64,000 nt of DNA from Gammaproteobacteria bacterium (GCA_963923955.1 OZ000552.1:1542061-1606060); one strand, 5' to 3'. Positions 42,536 to 53,200 are shown, counted from the first letter of the stretch. A program made the numbers and translations. The notes: a model not told the origin generated them from the letters alone.

Positions 42536-43167
42536 GGCTTGGCTCCCCCGGCGGCTTCCTGCTCTCTTTCTCCGTGCATGACTTCCACCATCTTCAGGGC
42601 TTCTTGTTCCATGATCATGATCAATCCATCCACCTTGCCGCGGAAATAACGAAAAAACATCAGGCTGGGGATGGCAACGGTGAGACCCGCTGCTGTGGTG
42701 ATCAAGGCTTGCGAGATGCCTTCGGCCAGGACCGCTGGGTCGCCCACTCCTTGTGTGGTGATCACAGCAAAGACCTTGATCATCCCAATCACCGTCCCCA
42801 GCAGTCCCAGCAGGGGCGTGATGGATGCAATGGTGCCCAGCGTATTTAGAAAGCGCTCCAACTCATGGGCGACATGGCGCCCCACTTCTTCAATGCTCTC
42901 TTTCATCACCACTCTGGAATGATGGCGATTGACCAGACCGGCGGCGAGGATGCGGCCTAAGGCCGAGTTCTCCCGCAGCTCATGCAGGCGTTTCTTATCC
43001 AGCCCACCGGCCTTGTCCCACTGCCAGACCTGGGCGACCAGGCCTTTGGGCGTTACTCGCTTATCCTGCAAAGACCAGAAACGCTCGGCAATAATGGCCA
43101 GTGCAATCACCGAGCATAACAAAATAGGCCACATGATGACCCCACCGGCCTGGATTAATTCGAGCAC
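42532..43167 (-). CDS. exbB: MotA/TolQ/ExbB proton-channel family protein
   Basis: 211 aa with three TM segments and the ExbB family signature. Sits in the exbB-exbD-lpxK-trm112-kdsB arrangement known from other proteobacteria. Confidence 0.85.
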   Translation of the reverse strand: MLELIQAGGVIMWPILLCSVIALAIIAERFWSLQDKRVTPKGLVAQVWQWDKAGGLDKKRLHELRENSALGRILAAGLVNRHHSRVVMKESIEEVGRHVAHELERFLNTLGTIASITPLLGLLGTVIGMIKVFAVITTQGVGDPAVLAEGISQALITTAAGLTVAIPSLMFFRYFRGKVDGLIMIMEQEALKMVEVMHGEREQEAAGGAKP

Positions 43168-43809
43168 ACCTCATCCTCCCATTTGCAATTACGGCCCGTT
43201 GATCTTTCACATCGACAGCGCCGATGATAGCACACGCCAAGGCAAGCGTAGCGGCGTAACTCCTTAAAGTAGTTTATCCTGCCGAGTCGTGCTCGCGCAG
43301 CAATGCTTTCATCCGGCAAAGGGATTTTCTACTCAGGTGTCTGCGTTTATACGAAAATACCCGCCTATCTCATCCTTCCAACACGCGCGTTTTGTTCTCT
43401 CGGCATCACCGGCATAGTGTGCTTATCCAGTATTTAAGGAAAGATCAATAGACCCTAAACTAACCGGAAAAATCAACCTGCTGTCTTGGATGGTGAGCAT
43501 TAGCCTTATCATTTCCTTGGCCATACTGCCTATGATGGTGACCATTTTACTGTAGTTGTTCGGCCAATCCACCTGGCCTCACCGCAGCAGGCCTCGCATG
43601 ACGCTGCGTGACTTCCCCGGCCCGTGGCTGCAAAGCAGGCGCACAGTTTCCATATAGCCAAATCAATATCAGGAGTTCGCCATGACAACCACTGACAAAC
43701 TATTACCCCAACCCATTCACGGCCGGGCGCTGCCTCGCCTTTCCACCGGCCTGACTTTTCTCCCGTCCCCGTATCAAGTACGGCTTGCCCCTGGCTTGAA
43801 CAGGGGGGC

Positions 43810-44000
43810 AGGCTATTCCTGCGATTAAGCATGTCCCCGTGGAAACGGGGAGGGGTATCTCTGCGTCATTCCCGCAAAAGCGGGAATCCATGAAGCCATG
43901 TCCCTTAGGTCAACGCCAAAAGGGACGAGGGGCAATAGCGGAGAGCGAAGTAAGAGGTATGGCTTGTTTGACTGGATTCCCGTTTGCACGGGAATGACGG
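43810..44000. repeat. palindromic repeat cluster including canonical dRS3-form elements (ATTCCC-N8-GGGAAT)
   Basis: cgtcattcccgcaaaagcgggaatcc, ggattcccgtttgcacgggaatgacgg, gtccccgtggaaacggggag and gtccctt...aagggac. Confidence 0.8.
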
Positions 44001-44180
44001 CTTAGGCACACGGGGAATGGCCAAGGCCAGCTTGGCGAAGTGCAAGGGCGCACCACAACACCCTCCGCCACTTGCACTTCAAGGAAACCCGAGCGGTCTT
44101 CAATCGAGCACGGCCAAGACCCGGCTTAAGATTAAGATGCCTTCCGAAAAAAAACCTATGTCAGGGCAAGGCCCCCTAAT

Positions 44181-44462
44181 CTATTTCTGCATGGCCTTTT
44201 CAAACATGCGATCCAGGCGGCTGGTGTTGGCATCACAGCATGCAGCAGCAGCATCTGCGGCAGACTGTGCGCTGTTGGCCGCATCCATAGCCTTATTGGC
44301 CGTTGCCATGGCACTATCCGCCTGACTGGATGCGCTGTCAGCCGCAGATTGGGCGCTCTCTGCCAGTGCACGTACCTTCGCCAGTTCTGGTCTCGTTGCG
44401 CAGCCGCCAAGTGTGGCGAGGGCAAGTATGAGGATGGAAGCCTTGATGAGTGTGTTTTTCAT
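44181..44462 (-). CDS. Braun/Lpp-like alanine-zipper lipoprotein with C-terminal Lys
   Basis: 93 aa with lipobox LGGC, Ala-rich coiled coil and C-terminal ...SRLDRMFEKAMQK (compare E. coli Lpp ...NQRLDNMATKYRK). Confidence 0.6.
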   Translation of the reverse strand: MKNTLIKASILILALATLGGCATRPELAKVRALAESAQSAADSASSQADSAMATANKAMDAANSAQSAADAAAACCDANTSRLDRMFEKAMQK

Positions 44463-44602
44463 GATTTGATTCTCCTAAATATTACTTAAAGTATGCGGGA
44501 TTTCCCCAGTTGTATGTGCTTATGATGACTGATTTTGACTCAATGATCAATTTATTATTTTTATTATTTGTGCAGCCTGATTTTTTTCCTAATCCATTGT
44601 TT

Positions 44603-45175
44603 TTATTGATTATGGAAGGGCATGGGGCGGCCGGAAAACTGTGATTTCAGGAATTCCATCTGATCACCGAGTATTTTCCGATTGGACAGGGCTAGATATT
44701 CCGCCCAATTCGGCACATAGGGCACGGCCAATAAGGGCATATTCGCCTCCTCAGGTCGGCGGTTTCCCTTGCGGGTGTTACAAGCTCTACAGGCTGTAAC
44801 CACGTTCGACCAGCGATCAGCACCGCCCTTCGACATGGGCTGGACATGATCCCGGGTCAGGGCGTTTTCATGCATCTGATTGCCACAATACATGCATAGA
44901 TGCGCATCACGGCGGAAGAGTTGGCGATTGGTCAAGGGCGGAATGGTGCGTTTTAGGTGTTTATGCCGCGCTGAGCGCTTAACAGCGATGATCGAGTTCA
45001 CATCTACCGACGAACGCAGGCCGGTATGGCGGGAGACGCCGCCGTGGAAGGTGAAGCTGTGCTCTCCGGCCGTCCAGGCAACCAGCTCACGGCAGTACAG
45101 GCTCACGGCATCCTGCCACGGCACCCAGGTCATGGGAATGCCGGCTATGTCGAGTCGCAGGATAAGTGGCGTCAT
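44603..45175 (-). CDS. HNH endonuclease
   Basis: 190 aa with CMYCGNQ...LTRDHVQPMSKGG...NVVTACRACNTRKGNR (HNH/zinc-finger nuclease motif) after a ~90-aa N-terminal domain. Confidence 0.8.
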   Translation of the reverse strand: MTPLILRLDIAGIPMTWVPWQDAVSLYCRELVAWTAGEHSFTFHGGVSRHTGLRSSVDVNSIIAVKRSARHKHLKRTIPPLTNRQLFRRDAHLCMYCGNQMHENALTRDHVQPMSKGGADRWSNVVTACRACNTRKGNRRPEEANMPLLAVPYVPNWAEYLALSNRKILGDQMEFLKSQFSGRPMPFHNQ

Positions 45176-45320
45176 GGTTTAATCTCGCATCTAAACGTAA
45201 AGTTCTCCAGCACCAGGCCATGCTGTTACGGCAATAACAAAGATCTTAGGCTATGAGTTTTATTCGATATAGCAAAGAAAATCAAGTCATTAGGAGCCTT
45301 ACTTCATGCAAGAACATACC

Positions 45321-46127
45321 ATGAGCAAGATGACGGAGTTATTACAGATAATGCAGCGGCTGCGCCATCCTGAGCATGGTTGTCCCTGGGATAAGGCGCA
45401 GACGATGGCAAGCATCGCCCCGTTCACCCAGGAAGAGGTGTATGAATTAATAGAGGCGATCGAAGTGGATGACATGGACGGGCTCTGCGATGAACTGGGC
45501 GATCTGCTCTTTCATATTGTTTTTTATGCACAGATGGCGCAGGAGCAGGGCCTGTTTGACTTCGGGGACATTGTCAATCGGGCATGTGAAAAATTAAAAC
45601 GGCGTCACCCGCATATATTCAGCGCCGAAGGCCGGGCAACGACAGAGAGCGTCCGACAAGACTGGGAGCGGATCAAGCAACAGGAGAGATTGGAAAGACA
45701 TGAGGCTTCTGAGGCAGGCGCGCATTATCTCGATGGCATCTCAAAGGCGCAACCCGCATTGCTACGTGCCCTCAGGCTACAAAAACGCGCCGCTGCGGTG
45801 GGTTTTGACTGGCAGGGGCCGGAAGCTGTGCTGGATAAGGTTGAGGAAGAGCTTGGGGAACTAAGAGAAGAGAGGCGGGATGCAGATGATACGCAGCGGC
45901 TGTTTGATGAGATCGGCGACTTGCTATTTGCCGTGATCAACTGTGCCCGTCATCTTGAGGTAGATCCGGAGCAGGCCCTTCGTGCGGCCAATCGAAAATT
46001 CGAGACCCGGTTCAATTACATTGAGGATCAACTAGGGTCTCAGCAGGGGGATTTACAAAGTGCAAGCCTGGATGAGATGGAGGCGCTATGGCAGGAGGCG
46101 AAGGCGAGAAAAGAGAAAATGCCGTAG
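45321..46127 (+). CDS. mazG: nucleoside triphosphate pyrophosphohydrolase MazG
   Basis: ORF 45306..46127 with MTELLQIMQRLRHPEHGCPWDKAQT and tandem MazG domains. Confidence 0.85.
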   Translation: MSKMTELLQIMQRLRHPEHGCPWDKAQTMASIAPFTQEEVYELIEAIEVDDMDGLCDELGDLLFHIVFYAQMAQEQGLFDFGDIVNRACEKLKRRHPHIFSAEGRATTESVRQDWERIKQQERLERHEASEAGAHYLDGISKAQPALLRALRLQKRAAAVGFDWQGPEAVLDKVEEELGELREERRDADDTQRLFDEIGDLLFAVINCARHLEVDPEQALRAANRKFETRFNYIEDQLGSQQGDLQSASLDEMEALWQEAKARKEKMP

Positions 46128-46175
46128 CAAAGGCACCGTAGAATAGCGGCAGATCAGAAGAAGTTCTGATAAATC

Positions 46176-46592
46176 CGTCATTCCCCGTCTCAGGCACGGG
46201 GCGGGCTCTGGCTTGACCGGGAATCCATAGACTCGACAAGAAGCGTAGTAGATTCCTGCCCCCGTTTTCACGGGGACAAGCTTTCGCAGGAATGACGGGG
46301 AGGGCAATATCGTCATGCCGTGCCTGACACGGCATCCAGTTATAGAAAAGTGGCTCTCGGCGACACCTTACCTTACACTCTGCCAGCGACCAATTAGATT
46401 CCCGCTTATGCGGGAATGACGAGACGACTACGTTTTAATCCTTAGGCCGGAATGACGGGAGAGGACGATCAGGAATGAGGTTTCTCCCGCCCATCATTCC
46501 CCGTGTCTAGCACGGGGCGGGCTCTGGCTTGACCGGGAATCCATAGACGGCCCGACAAGGAACAGTAGATTCCTGCATCCGCAGGAACGACG
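46176..46592. repeat. palindromic repeat cluster (A, B, C and dRS3-like modules; the A module occurs twice)
   Basis: cgtcattccccgtgtctagcacggggcgggctctggcttgaccgggaatccat occurs twice, alongside gattcctgcccccgttttcacggggac...gcaggaatgacg and catgccgtgcctgacacggcatc. Confidence 0.85.
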
Positions 46593-46601
46593 TTTTTCAC
46601 T

Positions 46602-48590
46602 TCAATTCGCCGCAATTTGCTTATCAAAGCAGCGGTTTTCCAGCCAATCCAGCAGGTTGCGGTAGTAGATTTCTTTATGCTCCATATCCCGCGGGCCGTG
46701 GCGCATGTCTTCAATCTCGATGTATTTGTGCTCTTTGTTGTATTTTTTTAAGCCATCGACAAACCAGCGGCTGTGTTTGGGATGCACGATCTCATCCCGA
46801 TCGCCGTGCATGACCAGTATCGGCATGTGCACTTCTGCGATATGATCAACGGGGTTTAGGCCCTTGATGGTCGGTTTTTGCAGCTCGCGCAGGAAGCGGT
46901 TGTCGGAGAATTCCGCCCCGAGACTGTCCAGATCGCTCACGCCGGCTCCGGCAATGGAACAGGCAAAGGGATTATTCCCGCCGCGGAAAGAAGCGACAAA
47001 GGCGGAATAGCCGCCATAGCTAAAGCCGTGAATGGCGATGCGCGCCGGGTCCGCCAAGCCCCGCTCAACGAGAAAATGGGCGGCATCATCCACGTCATCT
47101 TGCATTTCCAGCCCCCATTTTTCATCACCCGCTCGCCAATGTTCCAGCCCAAAGCCCCTTGAGCCGCGATATTGCGGTTGGATCACCACATAGCCCGCAT
47201 TGGCAAGCAACTGCGCCCATTCATCATAGCCGCCATCATCTCGCACCCAGGGGCCGCCATGTGGCATGACCACGGCCGGGTAAGGCGCCTGGCCGCTGGT
47301 CGGCAGCGTGATATAAGAACGGATCTTGCGGCCATCGCGCGCTGTGTAGCTGACATATTTGACCTCGGCCAGCACCTCTTCGGTCAGCAACGGCATCCGG
47401 GCGCCCAGGAAGATCAACTCGGATTGGTTGCGCAAGAGATAATAGCGTCCCGGGTTCTTCGCACTGGTGGTCGAGATAACGATCGCCTGGTCGTCTTCGG
47501 AGCGGTCGAGATAGATCTCCTGGCCGGGAAAATTCGCCTGTATCCCGTCATACAGTGCCTTGGTCGCCTCATCAATAAAGACGCGTTTATAGACTTTGCC
47601 GGTATAGCCAAAGCCCAGGATGCGTCCGCGGTCGGCCTTTTTCTGGCTCAGGATAACGGTATCAACGTCATAGCGCGGATGAGAGAAAAGCGGCGCTGAG
47701 AACTGCATGGTATCCAAGTCCATCAGATAAATCCCGGCCGTGTCCTCGCCGTTGGTGTAGCTAACGATCAGGCTGTTGGGGTTGTCCCGATCAAAGTCCA
47801 GGGGGAAGAAGCTGTAGTTCTCCCGGCCTTGCGTGGGATCGATGATATACACCTCAAGCCATTCCTTCTCGCCCTTTTTCCGCGCCCAGACATTGAAGGC
47901 ATTTTTACTCGGGTCATAGGCCGAAGCCAAACGGACTTCGCCGTCAAAGTCGATCTCAAAGCCGCCGGGGACCCTCTCCGAGCCGCGGTGCACGGTTCTC
48001 TTGGCACCGGTCTTGATGTTGAAGCTGACAATATCGGGAATGTCATTGTCGTTGTTGTCGGTGGAGATCAGGATGCGGTTTGGCTCATCCGGCAACACGG
48101 ATAAAATCCTCACACTCCGGTCTGGATCAATATCCAGCCAGTCGCCTTTCCCATCGGAGCGGATCACGGCCTGGCGGGTTTCCCGCTCAAAGCGGTTGCC
48201 CACCTTGACATCCTTGCCGGCGGAGATGACCAGGTAGCCGTCCTGCGCCCACTGCGCACTGAGAATGCTGGTCTTGCCGCCGCCAAAACGGATCGGCTCG
48301 GCCTGCAGGTCATCGGTTTGGCGGATCTCCACCACATAGGGGCCTTCCTTGCTGGCCGCCCGCAGCAGCATCAGCTCCTTGCCGTTCGGGGAGATCCGAG
48401 CGCTGCGGATGACCGGCACCATCGTCCAGGCCACTTCGGGCAGGCCGGCCAGCACTGGCTGCGCCGCTTCCTGGCCTGCATCTTGGTCGGCTTCCTGGTC
48501 ATCCTTCTGCGCCGCCACGGCCTGGGCGCACAACAGACAGAACAACAGGGGAAAGGCGGACAAGCGGTGTTTGAATATTGTACTTTGCAT
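46602..48590 (-). CDS. S9 family peptidase (prolyl oligopeptidase/dipeptidyl aminopeptidase-like) with signal peptide
   Basis: 662 aa with an N-terminal beta-propeller-like region and a C-terminal alpha/beta hydrolase (GFSYGGY nucleophile elbow, ...D...H). Confidence 0.8.
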   Translation of the reverse strand: MQSTIFKHRLSAFPLLFCLLCAQAVAAQKDDQEADQDAGQEAAQPVLAGLPEVAWTMVPVIRSARISPNGKELMLLRAASKEGPYVVEIRQTDDLQAEPIRFGGGKTSILSAQWAQDGYLVISAGKDVKVGNRFERETRQAVIRSDGKGDWLDIDPDRSVRILSVLPDEPNRILISTDNNDNDIPDIVSFNIKTGAKRTVHRGSERVPGGFEIDFDGEVRLASAYDPSKNAFNVWARKKGEKEWLEVYIIDPTQGRENYSFFPLDFDRDNPNSLIVSYTNGEDTAGIYLMDLDTMQFSAPLFSHPRYDVDTVILSQKKADRGRILGFGYTGKVYKRVFIDEATKALYDGIQANFPGQEIYLDRSEDDQAIVISTTSAKNPGRYYLLRNQSELIFLGARMPLLTEEVLAEVKYVSYTARDGRKIRSYITLPTSGQAPYPAVVMPHGGPWVRDDGGYDEWAQLLANAGYVVIQPQYRGSRGFGLEHWRAGDEKWGLEMQDDVDDAAHFLVERGLADPARIAIHGFSYGGYSAFVASFRGGNNPFACSIAGAGVSDLDSLGAEFSDNRFLRELQKPTIKGLNPVDHIAEVHMPILVMHGDRDEIVHPKHSRWFVDGLKKYNKEHKYIEIEDMRHGPRDMEHKEIYYRNLLDWLENRCFDKQIAAN

Positions 48591-48637
48591 CTTTGTTACC
48601 TCATGCTTTTATTTCGTGAACATGACAAAAACCTCTT

Positions 48638-49110
48638 GGATTCCTGCTTGCGCTTTTCGCAGGAATGACGGGGAATTGCATGCTTCCCTGCCTCCCGCCC
48701 GTCATTCCCTTTGTCTAGCACGGGGCAGGCTTTGGCTTGACTAGGAATCCATCCAGTATTGCCGGAGTCTAAATAGATACCTGCTTTTCCGTCATTCCTG
48801 CGTAAGAACGTCACCCCTGCCTACGAGCAGGGGCAGGAATCCATTCAGTATTCTGCCGGGCCGAGCACCCTCTGGATTCCCGTTGTCACGGGAACGACGG
48901 GGAATTGCATAACTCCCTGCCTCCCTCCGTCATTCCCCGTGTCTAGCACGGGGCGGGCTCTGGCTTGACCAGGAATTCATCGGGCATTCTGCCGAACCGG
49001 ACATCTCTGGATTCCCGTTGTCACGGGAATGACGGATTGGCCGTAATGCCTTAATTTTTTCGTCATTCCTGACGGCCTCTCTTCCGTCATTCCTGCGCAA
49101 GCAGGAATCT
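48638..49110. repeat. palindromic repeat cluster (about 8 modules)
   Basis: ggattcctgcttgcgcttttcgcaggaatgacgg, A-type x2, D-type gtcattcctgcgtaagaacgtcacccctgcctacgagcaggggcaggaatcc, E-type ctggattcccgttgtcacgggaatgacgg x2. Confidence 0.85.
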
Positions 49111-49196
49111 ACTAAATCCTCCGCAGGGACAACTCTGAATTCCCATTTCGTAGGGTTGCTCTCATACACTCCTTTGACAGCTATAGCTAACAATAG

Positions 49197-49643
49197 CTAT
49201 GCAGCACCAGCCCTAAGCATCTCAACTCTAAACGTAATCGCCTCGCGCAATCCTTCCAGTAGACCTTCCAAGTGCGACATGCGATCGCGTAAATCGTTGG
49301 TTTCTTTACGGAGAACACCAACATCTTTACGGAGAGCATCCACTTCGCGGCGCAGGCTATCTATATCCTCCCGCAAGCGCTCCTCCATAGAACCCATCTC
49401 TTGCCGCCACTCATTCCTCAGCCGCTCCTCCATGGAAATCATCTCTTGCCTCAGCAAGCTCATCTCTTGCCTCAACTGTTCCTCCATGGAACCCATCTCC
49501 TGTCTCAGCGAGCCCATCTCTTGCCTCAGCCTGTCTTCCATGCTCCGCATATCCAAGCGTAACCAGGCAAACAAACCAATCGTCAGACCGGCCAAAGAGA
49601 CACCCGTTGTAACGATGGCAATCATTACGTGAGTGATCGTCAT
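49197..49643 (-). CDS. membrane-anchored coiled-coil protein built from tandem ~11-aa (33-bp) repeats
   Basis: 148 aa with an N-terminal TM helix (IAIVTTGVSLAGLTIGLFAWL), then repeats MEDRLRQEMGS / LRQEMGSMEEQ / LRQEMSLLRQEM / ISMEERLRNEW / RQEMGSMEERLRE. GAGGAAAA ribosome-binding site 9 nt upstream. Confidence 0.55.
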   Translation of the reverse strand: MTITHVMIAIVTTGVSLAGLTIGLFAWLRLDMRSMEDRLRQEMGSLRQEMGSMEEQLRQEMSLLRQEMISMEERLRNEWRQEMGSMEERLREDIDSLRREVDALRKDVGVLRKETNDLRDRMSHLEGLLEGLREAITFRVEMLRAGAA

Positions 49644-49716
49644 AATTCGTTTTCCTCAAACTTCCAGTGAGCTTGGTAGAGATACTCCACTATCTGCACC
49701 GCAATGTCCAGCCTCT

Positions 49717-50070
49717 CGTCATTCCCCGTGTCTAGCACGGGGCGGGCTCTGGCTTGACTAGGAATCCACCAAACATCCTGCCGGGAACCTTCTGGATTCC
49801 TGCTTGCGCAGGAATGACGTTACTCTACCGTCCTATACTTTCCGCAGGCATTACGAGTTATAAACGGTGATGTTGCCTCATCCGTCATTCCCGCAGAAGC
49901 GGGAATCCATGAATCCATATAGTGTACCCTCGTTGAAGCTAGGAGAAGGCTTTACTGGAAACCTTCTGGATTCCTGCCCGTCATTCCAGCGGTCTCTCTT
50001 CCGTCATTCCTGCGCAAGCAGGAATCCAGACACCTATCACCGACCAATGGATTCCCGTTGTCACGGGGTT
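49717..50070. repeat. palindromic repeat cluster (A-type, dRS3 ATTCCC-N8-GGGAAT, D- and E-type modules)
   Basis: cgtcattccccgtgtctagcacggggcgggctctggcttgactaggaatcca, ccgtcattcccgcagaagcgggaatccatg, gtcattcctgcgcaagcaggaatcc, ggattcccgttgtcacgggg. Confidence 0.85.
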
Positions 50071-50148
50071 GCTCTCACACATCCCTGTGTTTCGCAACAT
50101 AAGTACATCCTGTACAAAAATGACGAGGAGTTGTGTCTGCCGGTCGCC

Positions 50149-50209
50149 CTCAGAACTCCGCAATCAAGCTCAAAACTCCCCCAATCAAGCTCAGAACTCC
50201 GCAATCAAG
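50149..50209. repeat. three tandem ~20-21-bp copies of the terminal codons plus stop of the TonB-dependent receptor gene
   Basis: ctcagaactccgcaatcaag / ctcaaaactcccccaatcaag / ctcagaactccgcaatcaag. The last copy is the real ...LIAEF* terminus and stop (50191-50193). Confidence 0.8.
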
Positions 50210-53200
50210 GTGCCGAAGAAGGTACGGCCGATCAGGTCGTGGCCGACGCCTAAGGGGACGTTTTTATAGCCGAACACACCATCGTCATCCACCTCCGGCG
50301 GCTTGGTGTTGAACACGTTGCGCACGCCCACGTTCAGCACATAGTTACGCCATCTGTACGCCAGGCCGGTGTTGTGCACCGCATAGTTGGTGGTGTAGTA
50401 AATCGGGCGACAGGACACCGGCAGGCCATCGCAGGGGACGTCGTCCTCCACAAACTCGTCCTCGTGCAGTTGGCCGCCCTTGATCCAACGGGTGAACCAG
50501 TTGAAGCGAAATTCCCGGTAGGCCATGATCAGCCGTGCATCAGCGCGCCAGCGTGGCGAGCTCGGCTCGCCCACATCGTTGTCGCTGGTGCCCAGCAGTT
50601 GCAGGAACTGCTCCCTGGCCCAGGTCGCATTCATATCCACCTCCACCCGGAGACGCTCATCGCCTAGTTCAAAGTCCTGAATGTAGTTCAGGTCAAGATC
50701 CACGCCACGCGAGCGTTGCTCGGAGGCATTGAGATAGCTGGCATCGACATCTTTCAAGGAGTTATCGGTATCGCGGATGATACGGCCGCAGAAACCGCTC
50801 AGCGTGCCTTGCGGCAGGTCCGGATTGGCATAGCAATCGGCAAAGATGAAGCTGACGCTGGGCGTTACGATCCCTTGCTTGATATCGATATCAAAATACG
50901 AGGCCGAGAACTTTAAGTCGAACTTGTCCGTGAAGGGCTGTTCTGCCACGAAGCCGAAGGTGTAGGAGGTAGAAGTCTCCGGGGCCAGGTTTTCCGCGCC
51001 GCTGCGGATGACTTCCACGCTGGTACGGTTTAAGAATCCATCCCCCGCGCCGGTCTCCAGGCCCAGCGAGGTCGGGTCAAGCCCTTGTGCCCGACAGATA
51101 TTCAGCAGGCGCTCGCTGCGCCGGTCTGTGTCCGGCGTGTATCTTTCCGGGGCGTTGGGTATTCGCACATTCTCCGATTCACGTGCACCGGCCGGGACGA
51201 CACAAGGGTCTGTAACTGAGAGGAAACCGCTGGTGCCGATGAGGAAGCGTTCACGGGCATTCGGCGCGCGGTAGGAGGTGCCGTAGGTGCCGCGCAAGGT
51301 GAACCAGGATACCGGCCGGTACAGCAATTTGCCGGAATAGGTCCAGTTCGGCTTGAAGTTGTCATCATCGGTCACCCGCCCGGATAAATCAACGACCACC
51401 TCTTCGGCGTAGGGGGCATCCTTGAACAGCTCCAGGCTGGTCTCGCCGAATAGCTCGTGCAGGTAGCGCGTACCGACTGCGCCGCGGTCGCTGAAGCGGG
51501 CAAACAAGGTGCCGTTGGCGGCGATGTCATTGGGGATAGAGTCGATGCTGTCGCGCCGGAACTCATAGCCCAGCAAGAGCGGCACGGCCGAGCCATTGGG
51601 CAGGGTGAACACATCGCCCTGCACAACGCCGCTGAGGATGGTTTGTTCGATGGTGGTGTTGAAGCGGCTCTCCGCAAAGAGATAATCGGCTTCCGCCTGG
51701 GAGGCGAAGGCCCCGCCGCCGGCCTGATACAGGGAGGGCGCAAACATGTTCACCGGCACACAGCCATCGGTGCCGTCCGGTACGCCATCGCCGTCTGCAT
51801 CCTCGCCGCAGATATAGCTGCCCGGGTTGTTCGGGTCTTCGATGGTGGTCTCAAGGCTCAACGCCAAACGGTCGCCATTGACGCCGCTCTCCCACTGTTT
51901 GCCTTCGGCCCGGGAATAGTTGATATAAGCGTCATAGCTCCAGTTGCCTTCCAAGAAGTCATCCAGAAAACCGATGTTGCCGCGCACCCCGCCGACCAAG
52001 CGGTACTGCTCAATCGTTGCTTGATCAAAATCCCGATCGCCACGCACGGGCACGAGCGGGGTAACCTCAAAGGCACCGAAGTCCACATTGAAGAAATTCA
52101 GGCTGTTCACGCCCAGGCCTGCGGGGTTGGTGATATTAAACGGGTTGGTGGGCGGCACATCCGGGAATAAGATAGGGCCGGGAGAGAAGGAACTGCTCTC
52201 GCGCCGTACATACATGCCCTCAAAATAGGCTTCCGTGTTGTTGGCGTCTTCGAAGTTATAGCTGCCCAGGCCATAGGCCGAGACGCGTTTTAGGCCGGCA
52301 AACAGCGTGGCACGCTGGGCGCGCTCGGAGACGGCGTAGTTATAAAAGCCGCTTTGCAAGTCGATCTCGCTCCGGCCGTTTTGATCCGGATCCACCAAGA
52401 ACGAGTCATCCAACTCGCCATCGCCGTTTATGTCAATCTGCGTCACTGTGCCGGCCGGGGCGAAGGGCGCCAAGCGGTCGCCGATGACCGTTTCCGACCA
52501 GCCCGGGATGCCGATGTTGGTCTCGCCCGGGGTCGACCAGACATTGCCGAAGATCCCGTCTCTGATTAAGGCGCGGTTGACGGTGTCTAAGCGGCAGTTG
52601 CTCTCGGTGGTGCCGGGGGCCAGGCCGCGATAACGGGTCAGCAGGTTGCCGTTTTCATCTTCATAGCGATATTCATCGCAGGCGTTGAAGAACTTGCTGT
52701 CGCCGAAGCGATAGGTGGTCTCTTTGTGGTGTTCCAGGGCTGCGGTGAAGTTCCAGTTATCGCCGGTCTTCCCTGTCAGGACGGTGAAGGTATGCTCCTT
52801 GCCGCCACCCGTCTCCGGATGGGCACCGGATACCCGAAATTCTATGCCATCCACGTCTGAACGCAGGATGATATTGGCCACCCCAGCCACGGCATCGGAG
52901 CCATAGACGGACGAGGCGCCATCAAAGAGGTTCTCCACGCGATCAATCAAGACCGCCGGGATGAGGTTCAAGTCCGCTGATGAAGGCGCCGCACCCACGC
53001 CGGCTGCGCCTAAGCGGCGGCCGTTGATCAAGACCAGCGTTCGTCTGGCGCCCAGGCCACGATAGCCGATGGTGGTCGCCCCCAGCCCGTTGTCCAAGAC
53101 AAAGGTGTTAAAGGAGTTGTTGACTTGCAGGGAGTTGACCTGCGCCGTGCTTTGCAGGATCTCGGTGGTGTCGAACAGGCCCGCCTCGCGGGATAAATCC

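Noticed and set aside
44100-44180. Rho-independent terminator downstream of the Lpp-like gene
   Set aside because: A T8 run is present on the gene strand, but the preceding stem (aggg…ccct) is only ~4 bp. Not convincing.
46176-49110. Possibility that the repeat clusters are CRISPR arrays
   Set aside because: The units are heterogeneous palindromic modules (A-E) in mosaic order, without a constant repeat alternating with unique spacers of fixed length. No cas genes are present.
51457-52170. 237-aa plus-strand ORF inside the TonB-dependent receptor gene
   Set aside because: Antisense to a strongly supported receptor gene.
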